Assembly (NCBI GenBank): GCA_018057705.1
Contig: JAGPDF010000004.1
Span: 12,140-76,139, forward strand
DNA from: Thermoanaerobaculia bacterium
Lineage (GTDB): Bacteria; Acidobacteriota; Thermoanaerobaculia; Multivoradales; JAGPDF01
Length of the DNA: 64,000 nt
Reading direction: 5' to 3'
Below the pieces are notes generated by a model, which was not told where the DNA came from, ran no database searches, and was given only the letters and a program-made list of their open reading frames with translations. Below are positions 37,506 through 46,174 of this stretch, piece by piece (position 1 is the stretch's first letter; every line of letters begins with the position of its first letter). A program made the translations under genes and the position numbers.

Positions 37506-40375
37506 GCAACGGACATCTCCACAGCTGGTCCTACGAATCGCTCTACGCCCTCCTCGAGGTGGCGAGCGAACGGCTCGCCCCCGAAGACGTCGCCTCGCGT
37601 TTCGTCACCGAGTTGGGAGAGCGGCTGTCGCTCGCCGGCGCGAGCGTCTGGCTGCAGCGCGAGGACGGTCTCGGGCATCCGCGCCAGATAGCAAGCTGGA
37701 CGGCCAGAGGGGCGGCCGCACCGCCGCGGGACCTCACCAAGCTGACCGCGGTCCCCGCAGCGTCGCAGGTCTGGACTTCGAGCGACGGCAGAGAGGGCCT
37801 CTTCGCTCTGGCTGCAGAGGGATATCTCTGGCTCGCTGGCCGGACGGTCGGTTCGATCCGCGAGATTGGCGAATACAGCCGGCTGAGGCTGGTCTTTCGC
37901 CGCTTCGCCGATACGCTCGAGTGGGCGCGAGTGCATGCGCGGTCGGTGCGTCGGCTCGACGATGTCGCGGCTTCCGAGCGCCGCGCCGTGGACCAGGCCG
38001 GGCGCCTGGCGGCGCTGGTCGGCAGTCTCGAGGGTGCCGTGCTGGTCGAGACAGCGGACCGCCGGATCGCCCTCGCCAACGCGTCCTTCTGCAAGCTGTT
38101 CGGCGTTCCGGCGCCACCCGAAGCGATGATCGGAGCCGACTGCTCGCACGCAGCGGAGGGCAGCAAAAACCTCTTCCAGTCCCCCGACCTGTTCATCGCC
38201 GGCGTCGAGCGCGCGCTCGAGAACCGCCAACCGGTCGCCAATGAAGTCCTCGAGATGGCCGACGGCAGGATCGTCGAGCGCGACTTCGTTCCGATCAGCC
38301 TCGATGGCCGGCCGGCCGGGCACGCCTGGCACTACCGCGAAGTCACCGCGCGCGTGCGCGCCGAGCGCGAGGTCGCGCGGCTCAAGAACTTCTACGAGCA
38401 GGTCCTGGGCTCGATGCCAGTGCAGCTCGCGGTGTTCGACCGCGAGCTGCGGTACCTCCACGTCACGCCGAGCGCGATTGGCGATCCGGCCACGCGGCAG
38501 TGGATCATCGGGCGCACGGACCGCGAGTTCTGCGAGCGGCGGGGCCTCGCGCCAGAGATCGCGGAGGCGAGGGTAGCGGTGATCCGCGAAGCGCTCGACA
38601 CCGGGCGATCGAGCACCTTCGAGGAGTCGTTCACCGACCGGACCGGCGAGCTGCGCCACTTCGTACGCTTCGTGCACCCGGTGGTCGATGACACCGGTCA
38701 GGTCGTCGCCGCGCTCGGCTACGGCCTCGACATCACCGACCGCAAACGCTTCGAAGAGCAGCTGACGGCGGCCAATCGCGCCATCGAGGAGTCGGCCCGG
38801 GCGCGCGAGCGTTTCCTCGCCAGCATCAGCCACGAGATCCGCACACCTTTGAACGCCGTGATCGGAATGACCTTCCTGCTCGACGAGACGGCTCTCGGCG
38901 CCGAGCAGGAGAGCTACCTCGCCGCCATCCGGTTCTCGGCCGACACGCTGCTCTCCCTGATCAACGACGTCCTGGACATCTCCAAGCTCGAGGCCGGCGG
39001 GGTCGAGCTCGAGTCGATCCCCTTCCGGCTCGACAGCCTGCTGCGCGAGCTCGCCAGCGCCACCCGCTTCGACGCCGAGCGCAAGGGCCTGGCGCTGCAT
39101 CTCCAGGTCGATCCCGAGCTCGAATTGCCGCTCCTCGGAGATCCGACGCGGCTGCGCCAGGTGCTCATCAATCTGGTCTCGAACGCGGTCAAGTTCACCG
39201 ACCAGGGCGACATCGAGATCGCCGCCCGGACCCTCGCGCCGGTCGAGGGCCGGACTCCGGTGCAGATCTCGGTCGGCGATTCCGGGATCGGCATCGCGCC
39301 CGAGAAGCGCGCGCTGATCTTCGAGCCGTTCGCGCAGGAGCGCGCCGATACGGCCAGGCGATTCGGCGGCACGGGGCTCGGACTCGCGATCGTGCACCAG
39401 ATCGTCGAGCACATGGGCGGGTCGGTGACGGTCGGCGACCGGCCCGGTGGCGGCACCATCTTCACCGTCGAGGTGGCGCTGGCCACGGCTCCGCCAGCGG
39501 CCCTGCCGGCGCACGCCGCTGTCACTTCGAATCCCGAGCTCGAGCTCGCGGGTGCGCGCCTGCTGCTGGTCGAGGACAATCGCGTCAATCAGGTGGTCGC
39601 CTCGCGCATTCTGCGCCGGTTCGGCGCGACGGTCGAGATCGTGAGCAGCGGCGAGGAGGCGTTGCAGCGCCTCGCCGGGGAAGAGTTCGAGCTCGTGCTG
39701 ATGGACGTCCAGATGCCCGGTCTCGACGGCTACGAGACGACGCGGCGCATCCGGTCGGACCTCGGGCTCGCCGCCGCGCAGTTGCCGGTGCTGGCGCTCA
39801 CGGCATCCGTGCTGCCTGAGGAGCGCCGGCGCGCCGCAGCCGCCGGCATGAACGACTTCATCGCCAAGCCGTTCGATCCGCAGCGCATCCGCCAGGTGAT
39901 CGCGGACCACCTCGCCGCCCGCGGCTGGCATCCGCGAGCGGTCTCTGGCCCGCCGCAGGTCGCGACGAACGATGCCGCCGCCGAGGCCATCAACTGGAGT
40001 CGCCTCGAGGCCAGCGCGATGGGGGAGCCAGCGCTGGTCGTCGAGCTTCTCGATCTGTTCATCGAGGACGCTCCGGACGGCGCGACAGCGATCCGGGCGG
40101 CCGGCGCGGCCGCCGATGCGCGCCGGCTCGCCGCCGCCGCGCACGCGCTCAAGGCGAGCGCAGGAGCGGTCGGCGCGGCCGGCCTTCAAGCCGCCCTCGC
40201 GAGCCTCGAGAGCCTCGCTCCGACCCTCGAGGCCGAGGCGATGGCGGTCGCTGCTGAGGCAGCGGCGAGGCGCTGTCTGCGGGTTGTCGCCGCGCTGCGC
40301 GAGGCGCGGCCGCGCTACGCCGCGCGCCTCGGCGAGGCCCAAGGGCCCCGTGACCCTAAAGGAAATGGAGGCTGA
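37502..40375 (+). CDS. Hybrid sensor histidine kinase (GAF/PAS x2-3 - HisKA - HATPase_c - REC - Hpt)
   Basis: H-box 'ISHEIRTPLNAVIGMTFLL'; 'GTGLGLAIVHQIVEHMGGSVTV'; receiver 'ARLLLVEDNRVNQVVASRIL...LVLMDVQMPGLDGYETTRRIR'; C-terminal Hpt 'AAAAHALKASAGAVGAAGL'. GTG start overlaps the glgP stop. Confidence 0.85.
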   Translation: MSNGHLHSWSYESLYALLEVASERLAPEDVASRFVTELGERLSLAGASVWLQREDGLGHPRQIASWTARGAAAPPRDLTKLTAVPAASQVWTSSDGREGLFALAAEGYLWLAGRTVGSIREIGEYSRLRLVFRRFADTLEWARVHARSVRRLDDVAASERRAVDQAGRLAALVGSLEGAVLVETADRRIALANASFCKLFGVPAPPEAMIGADCSHAAEGSKNLFQSPDLFIAGVERALENRQPVANEVLEMADGRIVERDFVPISLDGRPAGHAWHYREVTARVRAEREVARLKNFYEQVLGSMPVQLAVFDRELRYLHVTPSAIGDPATRQWIIGRTDREFCERRGLAPEIAEARVAVIREALDTGRSSTFEESFTDRTGELRHFVRFVHPVVDDTGQVVAALGYGLDITDRKRFEEQLTAANRAIEESARARERFLASISHEIRTPLNAVIGMTFLLDETALGAEQESYLAAIRFSADTLLSLINDVLDISKLEAGGVELESIPFRLDSLLRELASATRFDAERKGLALHLQVDPELELPLLGDPTRLRQVLINLVSNAVKFTDQGDIEIAARTLAPVEGRTPVQISVGDSGIGIAPEKRALIFEPFAQERADTARRFGGTGLGLAIVHQIVEHMGGSVTVGDRPGGGTIFTVEVALATAPPAALPAHAAVTSNPELELAGARLLLVEDNRVNQVVASRILRRFGATVEIVSSGEEALQRLAGEEFELVLMDVQMPGLDGYETTRRIRSDLGLAAAQLPVLALTASVLPEERRRAAAAGMNDFIAKPFDPQRIRQVIADHLAARGWHPRAVSGPPQVATNDAAAEAINWSRLEASAMGEPALVVELLDLFIEDAPDGATAIRAAGAAADARRLAAAAHALKASAGAVGAAGLQAALASLESLAPTLEAEAMAVAAEAAARRCLRVVAALREARPRYAARLGEAQGPRDPKGNGG

Positions 40376-41123
40376 TGCCGCGCTCGCGCAGGACTCGGCG
40401 CAGGCGCCGGCGGTCGCGCAGGTAACCCGCCAGGTGCCAGGTCCACGGGCTTCCGAATGCGGAGGTGGTGCCCGCCGCGATGGCGCGCCGCAAGTCTCCG
40501 GCCGTGGATCCGGCGAAGCGCGTCCCGGTCCGGCCGACCACCGAAAGGAAGTGGGCATCGGAGCCCCCGACTTCCGGCAGGCGGCGACCGAGGTGGCGAT
40601 TGAACAGCTTGGTGTAGGTGTTGCCGCCGATCTCGGTCGGATTCGAGTTGCAGACTTCGACGGCGTCGAACGGGACGCTCGCGATCGCTCGTCCGACTCC
40701 TTTCAGCCCGAGCAGGCGCAGCGCGAACGTGAACGGATGCGCCGCGATGGCCACACCTCCCTGATCGTGGATGGCGGCCACGGTTTCGCTGGCGCTCATT
40801 CCAGGGGGAATGTCGCGCTCGACCCAGAGGCCGAGGATGTGGCCCTCCTGGCTCGACACCTCGACCCCAGAAATCAGCTCGAGCCGCTCGCCGAGCTCCG
40901 GGAAGCGCTCCAGGTGGTCGCGCGCCATCCAGTTGCCCGCCAGGGTGTCGTGGTCGGTGATCGCGATCACCCGCAGCCGGCCCTCGGCCGCGACGGCGTT
41001 GACGAGCATCTCCGGCGAGCACATGCCGTCGGAGTAGACGGTGTGGAGGTGAAGGTCGCCGAGGCTCCAGGAAGGCGCACCCGCCACCGGATCCGGCGCG
41101 CGCACGACTTCCTGGAGTGACAT
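40356..41123 (-). CDS. PHP-domain metal-dependent phosphoesterase
   Basis: 'LGDLHLHTVYSDGMCSPEML...VIAITDHDTLAG...AAHP' (PHP His/Asp motifs). Convergent with the hybrid kinase and overlaps it by 20 nt. Confidence 0.75.
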   Translation of the reverse strand: MSLQEVVRAPDPVAGAPSWSLGDLHLHTVYSDGMCSPEMLVNAVAAEGRLRVIAITDHDTLAGNWMARDHLERFPELGERLELISGVEVSSQEGHILGLWVERDIPPGMSASETVAAIHDQGGVAIAAHPFTFALRLLGLKGVGRAIASVPFDAVEVCNSNPTEIGGNTYTKLFNRHLGRRLPEVGGSDAHFLSVVGRTGTRFAGSTAGDLRRAIAAGTTSAFGSPWTWHLAGYLRDRRRLRRVLRERGISLHFL

Positions 41124-41147
41124 TCTCGTCAGGGTACCATCCGGCCC

Positions 41148-42197
41148 CTATTCTTCGTCGAGCTCGATGTCGAGGCGGACTTCCTCGCCGGCACGCACCG
41201 AGAAGGTCTGTTCTTCGGACTCCCGGCCCGGTCGCACGACTTCGATCCGGTGTTCGCCGGGATCGACGATCAGGCCTGCCCGCAACCGCGCCAGCTCGCG
41301 CCCCGTGCCGAGGAAGCGGCCGTCGAGGTAGACCGAGGCGTCGTCCGGTTCGATCTCGAGCCGGAGGCTCCCCGGCTCGCCGCGCGCGTCGAGGCTGTCC
41401 GGCCCCGCCGCCACCCTCTCGTCGCCTTCCGGCGCACCCGTTCCGGACGACTCGTAGCGCCCGGCCTGGGCCTCCTCATAGGCACGCGCCTGCGCTTCGT
41501 TCTCACGGTCACGGCGCAGACGCTCCTCCCGGTTCGCGGTCGATTTCGAGACCAGGTCCTGGGGCAGCGTCTCCTGCCCGGGAACCATCGAGTCGTTGAC
41601 GTCGATGACCAGGCCACCGTAGACCGAGTACTGACGGGAGACGGTCTGGAAACCGGGGGCGAAGATCACCACGTCGTAGGTCCCCTTCTCCAGCCAGAGG
41701 AAGTCCGGGAAGCCGTCGAAATCGTCCGCGGTTCCGACCAGGTCGCCGTTGACGTAGACCTGGGCGCTCTCCGGGCTGACGTCGAGGTCGAGCGCACCGT
41801 GGGTCGCTCCGACGGCCGGGTAGACCGAGGTGTATCCCCAACCGCCGTAGGCGTAGGGCGCCCCGTACCAGCCGAGCCCGTAACCAGGGTAGCCGTAATA
41901 GCCGTAGCCGCCGTAGCCGCCGTAGTAGCCACGGTAGCCACCATAGTAGCCACGATAGCCGCCGTAGTAGCCACGATGGCCCCCGGAGTGGCCGCGATAG
42001 CCGTTGTAGTGACCGCCGGAGGAGCCGCCATGGCCGCGATAACCGCCCTGGCTCCCATGGCTCCCGGAGCCACCGCGGTTTCCGCCACCGCTCCCGCCCT
42101 GCCCCCCACCCGACTGTGCCACCAGCGCGGTCGCGGGCAACGTCAACGCCGCCGCGAGCGCCAACCTCAGGAAGATGCGTCCAGTTCGATTCCTCAT
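41148..42197 (-). CDS. Secreted Gly/Tyr/Arg/His-rich low-complexity protein with two PEGA domains
   Basis: Signal peptide 'MRNRTGRIFLRLALAAALTLPATALVAQ'; about 120-aa region 'GGYRGHGGSSGGHYNGYRGHSGGHRGYYGGYRGYYGGYRGYYGGYGGYGYYGYPGYG'; PEGA-like 'AQVYVNGDLVGT...GTYDVVIFAPGFQTVSRQYSV' and 'ASVYLDGRFLGT...GEHRIEVVRPGRESEEQTFSV'. Start ATG overlaps the upstream GT2 stop. Confidence 0.7.
   Translation of the reverse strand: MRNRTGRIFLRLALAAALTLPATALVAQSGGGQGGSGGGNRGGSGSHGSQGGYRGHGGSSGGHYNGYRGHSGGHRGYYGGYRGYYGGYRGYYGGYGGYGYYGYPGYGLGWYGAPYAYGGWGYTSVYPAVGATHGALDLDVSPESAQVYVNGDLVGTADDFDGFPDFLWLEKGTYDVVIFAPGFQTVSRQYSVYGGLVIDVNDSMVPGQETLPQDLVSKSTANREERLRRDRENEAQARAYEEAQAGRYESSGTGAPEGDERVAAGPDSLDARGEPGSLRLEIEPDDASVYLDGRFLGTGRELARLRAGLIVDPGEHRIEVVRPGRESEEQTFSVRAGEEVRLDIELDEE
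41922..41984 (-). repeat. In-frame 21-bp tandem repeat (x3) encoding YYGGYRG heptads inside the Gly/Tyr-rich gene
   Basis: Plus-strand units gtagtagccacg-gtagccacc / atagtagccacg-atagccgcc / gtagtagccacg-atggccccc at 41922, 41943 and 41964 (21-nt period). Confidence 0.7.
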
Positions 42198-43165
42198 GAC
42201 CCTACCCTTTCCATTGCGAACGGCCCCTCGCGCCAAGCTCGATGCAGTCCCCGGAGGTAGTGAACGCGAAGGGCCTCCTCCCACATTCCGGGCAGACTCA
42301 CGGGAAGGAACTGCAAAGCCCGGACCAGGCACTCCCTGCGGAACCGGTGCAGGCGCGAGGGGAGCGGACCGGGACCTTCCGGACCGAGCCCGAGAAAGCC
42401 CGCGAGCTCCGGATGTTTGCGCGCGAAGATCACGGCGCTGTAGCCGGCGCGCTCCTGGCGTGCGCAGAAACGCCGGAAATCGGTCGGATGATCGTGCAGG
42501 ACCCGCGCCCGCGGCTCGTAGACCAGCCGCAGCCCGCGCCGGAAGAGGCGGAAAGCGGCCTCGATGTCCTCCCACGCCGGATCGGGAAAACTCTCGTCGA
42601 ACGGCTCTTCCAGCAGGAGGTCGCGCGGCAACGACAGGTTCGAAGTGTAGAAGAAGTTGAACGGGACGTTTCGGGAATCGCCGATCAGGGCGTAGCCGAA
42701 CTGCGGCCCCTGCTCGTTGATGAACTCGAGGAACGGCGTGCGCCGCAGACGTGGGTGCCAGGCGGTGTAACCGATGACCGCCAGCCGGGCCGCGCCCGGA
42801 CTCGCCTGGTGTTCCGCCCAGTGCGCCGCGAGCCAGCCCGGCTCCGGCACCGTGTCGTCGCCGAGAAAGGCGACGATCGCGCCGGCTGCCGCGGCGACGC
42901 CGCGATTGCGCGCCGCGGCCGGACCCCTGTTCTGCTGCCGCAGCCGGCGCACCGGGTGCGCCGTCGCGCGCTCCCCCAGCCAGTCGAAGGTGCCGTCGGT
43001 CGAGCCGTCGTCCACGACCACGATCTCGAACGGCGGCGCTCCCTGCTGGTCGTCGAGCGCCTGCAGCACTTCGCCGAGAATGCGCCGCCGGTTGAAGGTC
43101 GGAATGACCACCGAGACATCGCAGGCCGGGCAGGCGGCGCTGGCCCGGCCGGCCCCGCCGGTCAC
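42194..43165 (-). CDS. GT2 glycosyltransferase
   Basis: 'VSVVIPTFNRRRILGEVLQAL...EIVVVDDGSTDGT...AAARNRGVAAA...FLGDDTVPEPGWL'. Confidence 0.8.
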   Translation of the reverse strand: MTGGAGRASAACPACDVSVVIPTFNRRRILGEVLQALDDQQGAPPFEIVVVDDGSTDGTFDWLGERATAHPVRRLRQQNRGPAAARNRGVAAAAGAIVAFLGDDTVPEPGWLAAHWAEHQASPGAARLAVIGYTAWHPRLRRTPFLEFINEQGPQFGYALIGDSRNVPFNFFYTSNLSLPRDLLLEEPFDESFPDPAWEDIEAAFRLFRRGLRLVYEPRARVLHDHPTDFRRFCARQERAGYSAVIFARKHPELAGFLGLGPEGPGPLPSRLHRFRRECLVRALQFLPVSLPGMWEEALRVHYLRGLHRAWREGPFAMERVGS

Positions 43166-44481
43166 CGCGCGTCCTCCCCGGGCAGCTCCATCACCTCGGA
43201 GAGGGTGGCGCGCGCCAGCACCGGGCTCGCCGGCAGGAGACTCGAGAATCCTGAGCTCGCAAACAGCGCCTCGTCGCCGAGATAGGTCGGAACCAGGTAG
43301 AGCGGGAAGCGCTCGCAGAGCTCGCGGTCGGAGCGCCGGCGTCGCTGCCGCGCGACCTCGCGTACTGCCGCGGCGTCGTCGAGCACGGCGAGAAAGAGGC
43401 TCATGGCGCGCAGGTGCGAGAGCGCCTGCGGATGCGAGAGCTCGAAGCCGCCGCCGGCGACGACGCGACGCAGCCGACGCGAGATCCGCCCCCAGACACG
43501 ACGGGTGAACTCGGCCGGCCCGAGCCGCCGGAGCTTGCCGAGCCAGGACGGATCCAGACCCCCGGCCGCGGCGCCCGCCGCGTCACGGCTCGTCACCGCG
43601 CCGGTGAACGGATCGCGCCGCAGAAGCTCCGCCGCCCCGGAGTTCCCCGCCACGACGATCGACTCGAGGCGCGCCAGGAAGGTCAGCAGGATCGCCGGCA
43701 TGAGCTGCGGCCAGAGCTCGTCGTCGAGGTTCTTGTAGGCGTTGAGCAGGGCGTTGCGCTCGAACAGCGAGCCACGCACGAACGGCCCGACACGATCGCT
43801 CGTGGCGGCCGAGCGGTGACGGACGACGGCTTCGCCACAGGCTTCGATGCGCTCGCCGCCGGCCCAGAGCCGCCAGCCGAGATCGACGTCCTCGAGATAG
43901 GCGAAGTACGCGGGGTCGAAACCGCCAGCCGCCAGAAAGGAGCGCCGCCGCACGAGCATGTTCGCGCCGCAGGCGAAGGCGAGCTCCTCGCCGCTCGCCG
44001 GCATCCTCGCTGTCGCGAAGGAGCGGCGAAAGTCGAGCTGAAAGGCGTGGCCGTCGAACGTCCGCAAGCCGTAGCCGAAGTCGAGCCGCTCGCCCTCCCA
44101 GTCGACGAGCCGCCCGCCGATGGCCGCGACATCCGGGGCGGCAGCGGCCGCCGCGTCGGCGAGCGCCGCGAGCCAATCGGGCGCGGGGTGGGTGTCGTTG
44201 TTGAGCAGGATCAGGAAGTCGCCTTCGGCGAGGTCGGCGAGCCGGTTGTTGGCGGCGGCGAAGCCGAGGTTCGTCGGACTCTCGACCAGCCGCACCCAGG
44301 GGTGGTGCACGCGCACCCAGTCCGCGGTGCCGTCGCGCGAGCCGTTGTCGAGCAGCAACAGTTCCCATTCGCAACCCGGATCGCGCTGCGCGGCGACCGC
44401 CGGCAGGCAGATCTCGAGGTGCCTCCGGCCGTTCCAGCTCGCGACGAGGATCGAGAGCCTGCGCTGGCTGGCGGACATCAC
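43162..44481 (-). CDS. GT2 glycosyltransferase (rhamnosyltransferase-like, with C-terminal extension)
   Basis: 'LSILVASWNGRRHLEICLPAV...LLLLDNGSRDGT...GFAAANNRLADLA...LILLNNDTHPAPDWL'. Confidence 0.8.
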   Translation of the reverse strand: MMSASQRRLSILVASWNGRRHLEICLPAVAAQRDPGCEWELLLLDNGSRDGTADWVRVHHPWVRLVESPTNLGFAAANNRLADLAEGDFLILLNNDTHPAPDWLAALADAAAAAAPDVAAIGGRLVDWEGERLDFGYGLRTFDGHAFQLDFRRSFATARMPASGEELAFACGANMLVRRRSFLAAGGFDPAYFAYLEDVDLGWRLWAGGERIEACGEAVVRHRSAATSDRVGPFVRGSLFERNALLNAYKNLDDELWPQLMPAILLTFLARLESIVVAGNSGAAELLRRDPFTGAVTSRDAAGAAAGGLDPSWLGKLRRLGPAEFTRRVWGRISRRLRRVVAGGGFELSHPQALSHLRAMSLFLAVLDDAAAVREVARQRRRRSDRELCERFPLYLVPTYLGDEALFASSGFSSLLPASPVLARATLSEVMELPGEDAR

Positions 44482-45384
44482 TCAGCCCGGCCCCTGCCCG
44501 CTGGCGCCGCCGCGAAGTCTCTCGACCCAGCGATGCAGCCGCCAGGCGCGCGTCCCTTCCATCTCGCGGATCAGGGCGTTCAGGCGGGTGATCTCGGCGC
44601 GGGCCCGCTGCAGATCGAGGGCGAGCTCCGGCACGCTCCCGCCCACCTCCGCGACCAGGGAGGCGAGGTCGCGCCCACGGAAATCTCCGGCCGCGAGGCA
44701 GCGATAGCCCTCGGCCAGCTTCACTTCCGGTGTGAGGGTGTGGGTGCGAAACTGACGCAGCCCCATTCCGGCCCGCAGATACGGGTGGCGCTCCTCCTGC
44801 GAGGCGTAGATCGCCATCGCCCGCTCGAGCTTCTCTTGACAGTCGCTGACGTCGACGAGCCGGTCGGGATATCCGGGATGGTTCACCTCGTAGAGCCAGA
44901 CTTCGAGCCCGCGCGCCGCCGCCGCGAGCGCGGCGTCTTCGCCAGCGGTGGAGAGAACATCGAAGAGCGCGGCGAAGGCGGCACGGTGATCCTCGGAGAC
45001 CTCGAGCGGCGACGGCACGAGGACGAGGCCGGGGCGCTCCGCGAGGAGGCGCTCGCGGATCGCCGCAGCAGCCTCGGCGCGTCCCGCGGCGAGCGCACCG
45101 TCGCGGATTCCGAGCACCGCCATGCCGGCGCAGCCGAAGAGACGGATCACCTCTTCCGCCTCTCGCCGGCGGCGTGCTGCGTAGGCCAGGCGATCGTCGA
45201 TCTCCTCGATTCCGCCGGAGCCGTCGGTGAGGAAGAGCACCTGCACCGGCGCGCCGGCCGCGGCCAATGCGAGGAGGAGACCGCCGCAGCCCAGCACTTC
45301 GTCGTCGAAGTGGGGCGCCAGGACGAGCGTCCGGACCGCGGCCGCGGCGCTCGTCCTGCCGGGGGGCTGCGGCGGGCGGATCAA
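44482..45384 (-). CDS. PIG-L/LmbE-family N-acetylglucosaminyl deacetylase
   Basis: 'TLVLAPHFDDEVLGCGGLLLAL...VLFLTDGS' (PHxDDE zinc motif). No in-frame ATG without a massive overlap; a TTG at 45384 forming a TTGA overlap with the upstream stop is proposed, so the start is uncertain. Confidence 0.65.
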   Translation of the reverse strand: MIRPPQPPGRTSAAAAVRTLVLAPHFDDEVLGCGGLLLALAAAGAPVQVLFLTDGSGGIEEIDDRLAYAARRRREAEEVIRLFGCAGMAVLGIRDGALAAGRAEAAAAIRERLLAERPGLVLVPSPLEVSEDHRAAFAALFDVLSTAGEDAALAAAARGLEVWLYEVNHPGYPDRLVDVSDCQEKLERAMAIYASQEERHPYLRAGMGLRQFRTHTLTPEVKLAEGYRCLAAGDFRGRDLASLVAEVGGSVPELALDLQRARAEITRLNALIREMEGTRAWRLHRWVERLRGGASGQGPG

Positions 45385-46112
45385 GGGGTCCGCAGGGGGC
45401 CGTTCGGCTCGCCACGATGGCGCCAACGGATCTTCAGAACGTCGGCCAGCATCCGCGCCGAGTCGCGCAGGGCGTGAACACTGGAAGCCGGAGAGTCGTG
45501 CCAGGCGACGCCGACCTCCCGGACGACGGCGCCGCGCCGCCGGGCGAGCCAGACGAGCTCGACGTCGAAGGCGAAGCGGTCGATCTGCATGTCGGCGAAC
45601 AGGGAGCGCGCGAGATCGCCGCGCAGCAGCTTGAAGCCGCACTGGGTGTCACGGATGCCGCCCACGGCGACGACCCGCACGACGACGTTGAACAACCGCC
45701 CCATGAGCTCGCGATAGGCCGGCTGCCGCCGGGTGATCTTCGAGTCGGCCACGCCGCGACTTCCCAGCACCAGACCCGCATCCGAGAGATGCGGACGCAG
45801 GCGCTCATACTCTTCGATCGGCGTGGAGAGGTCGGCGTCGCAGAGCAGGACTTCGGCGCCGGTGCTGGCGAGGACGCCGGCCCGCAGCGCTGCACCCTTG
45901 CCCTGGTTCTCCGCGAGCCGCAGCCAGCGGATCTCGCGGTACGCAGGCTCCAGTGCAAGCCTGCCGGTGCCGTCCGTGCTGCCGTCGTCGACCACCAGGA
46001 TCTCCGCGCCGCCCGGCAGGCTTCGGGCGTAGGCCAGGAGCCGATCGAGGGTCGGACCGATGCGTGCCGCCTCGTTGTAGGCGGGGACGACGATGGAGAG
46101 CTGCGGGTCCAT
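45381..46112 (-). CDS. GT2 polyprenyl-phosphate glycosyltransferase (DPM1/ArnC/GtrB-like)
   Basis: 'LSIVVPAYNEAARIGPTLDRLL...EILVVDDGSTDGT...[12 protein letters not shown]...RDTQCGFKLLRGDLA'; about 243 aa and soluble, typical of lipid-carrier sugar synthases. Confidence 0.85.
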   Translation of the reverse strand: MDPQLSIVVPAYNEAARIGPTLDRLLAYARSLPGGAEILVVDDGSTDGTGRLALEPAYREIRWLRLAENQGKGAALRAGVLASTGAEVLLCDADLSTPIEEYERLRPHLSDAGLVLGSRGVADSKITRRQPAYRELMGRLFNVVVRVVAVGGIRDTQCGFKLLRGDLARSLFADMQIDRFAFDVELVWLARRRGAVVREVGVAWHDSPASSVHALRDSARMLADVLKIRWRHRGEPNGPLRTP

Positions 46113-46174
46113 CGCTGGATTCTACGGCCTGCAGCACCTGGCGTGCAGGCTTCAGGCCCGCGGCGCAAAACGGT

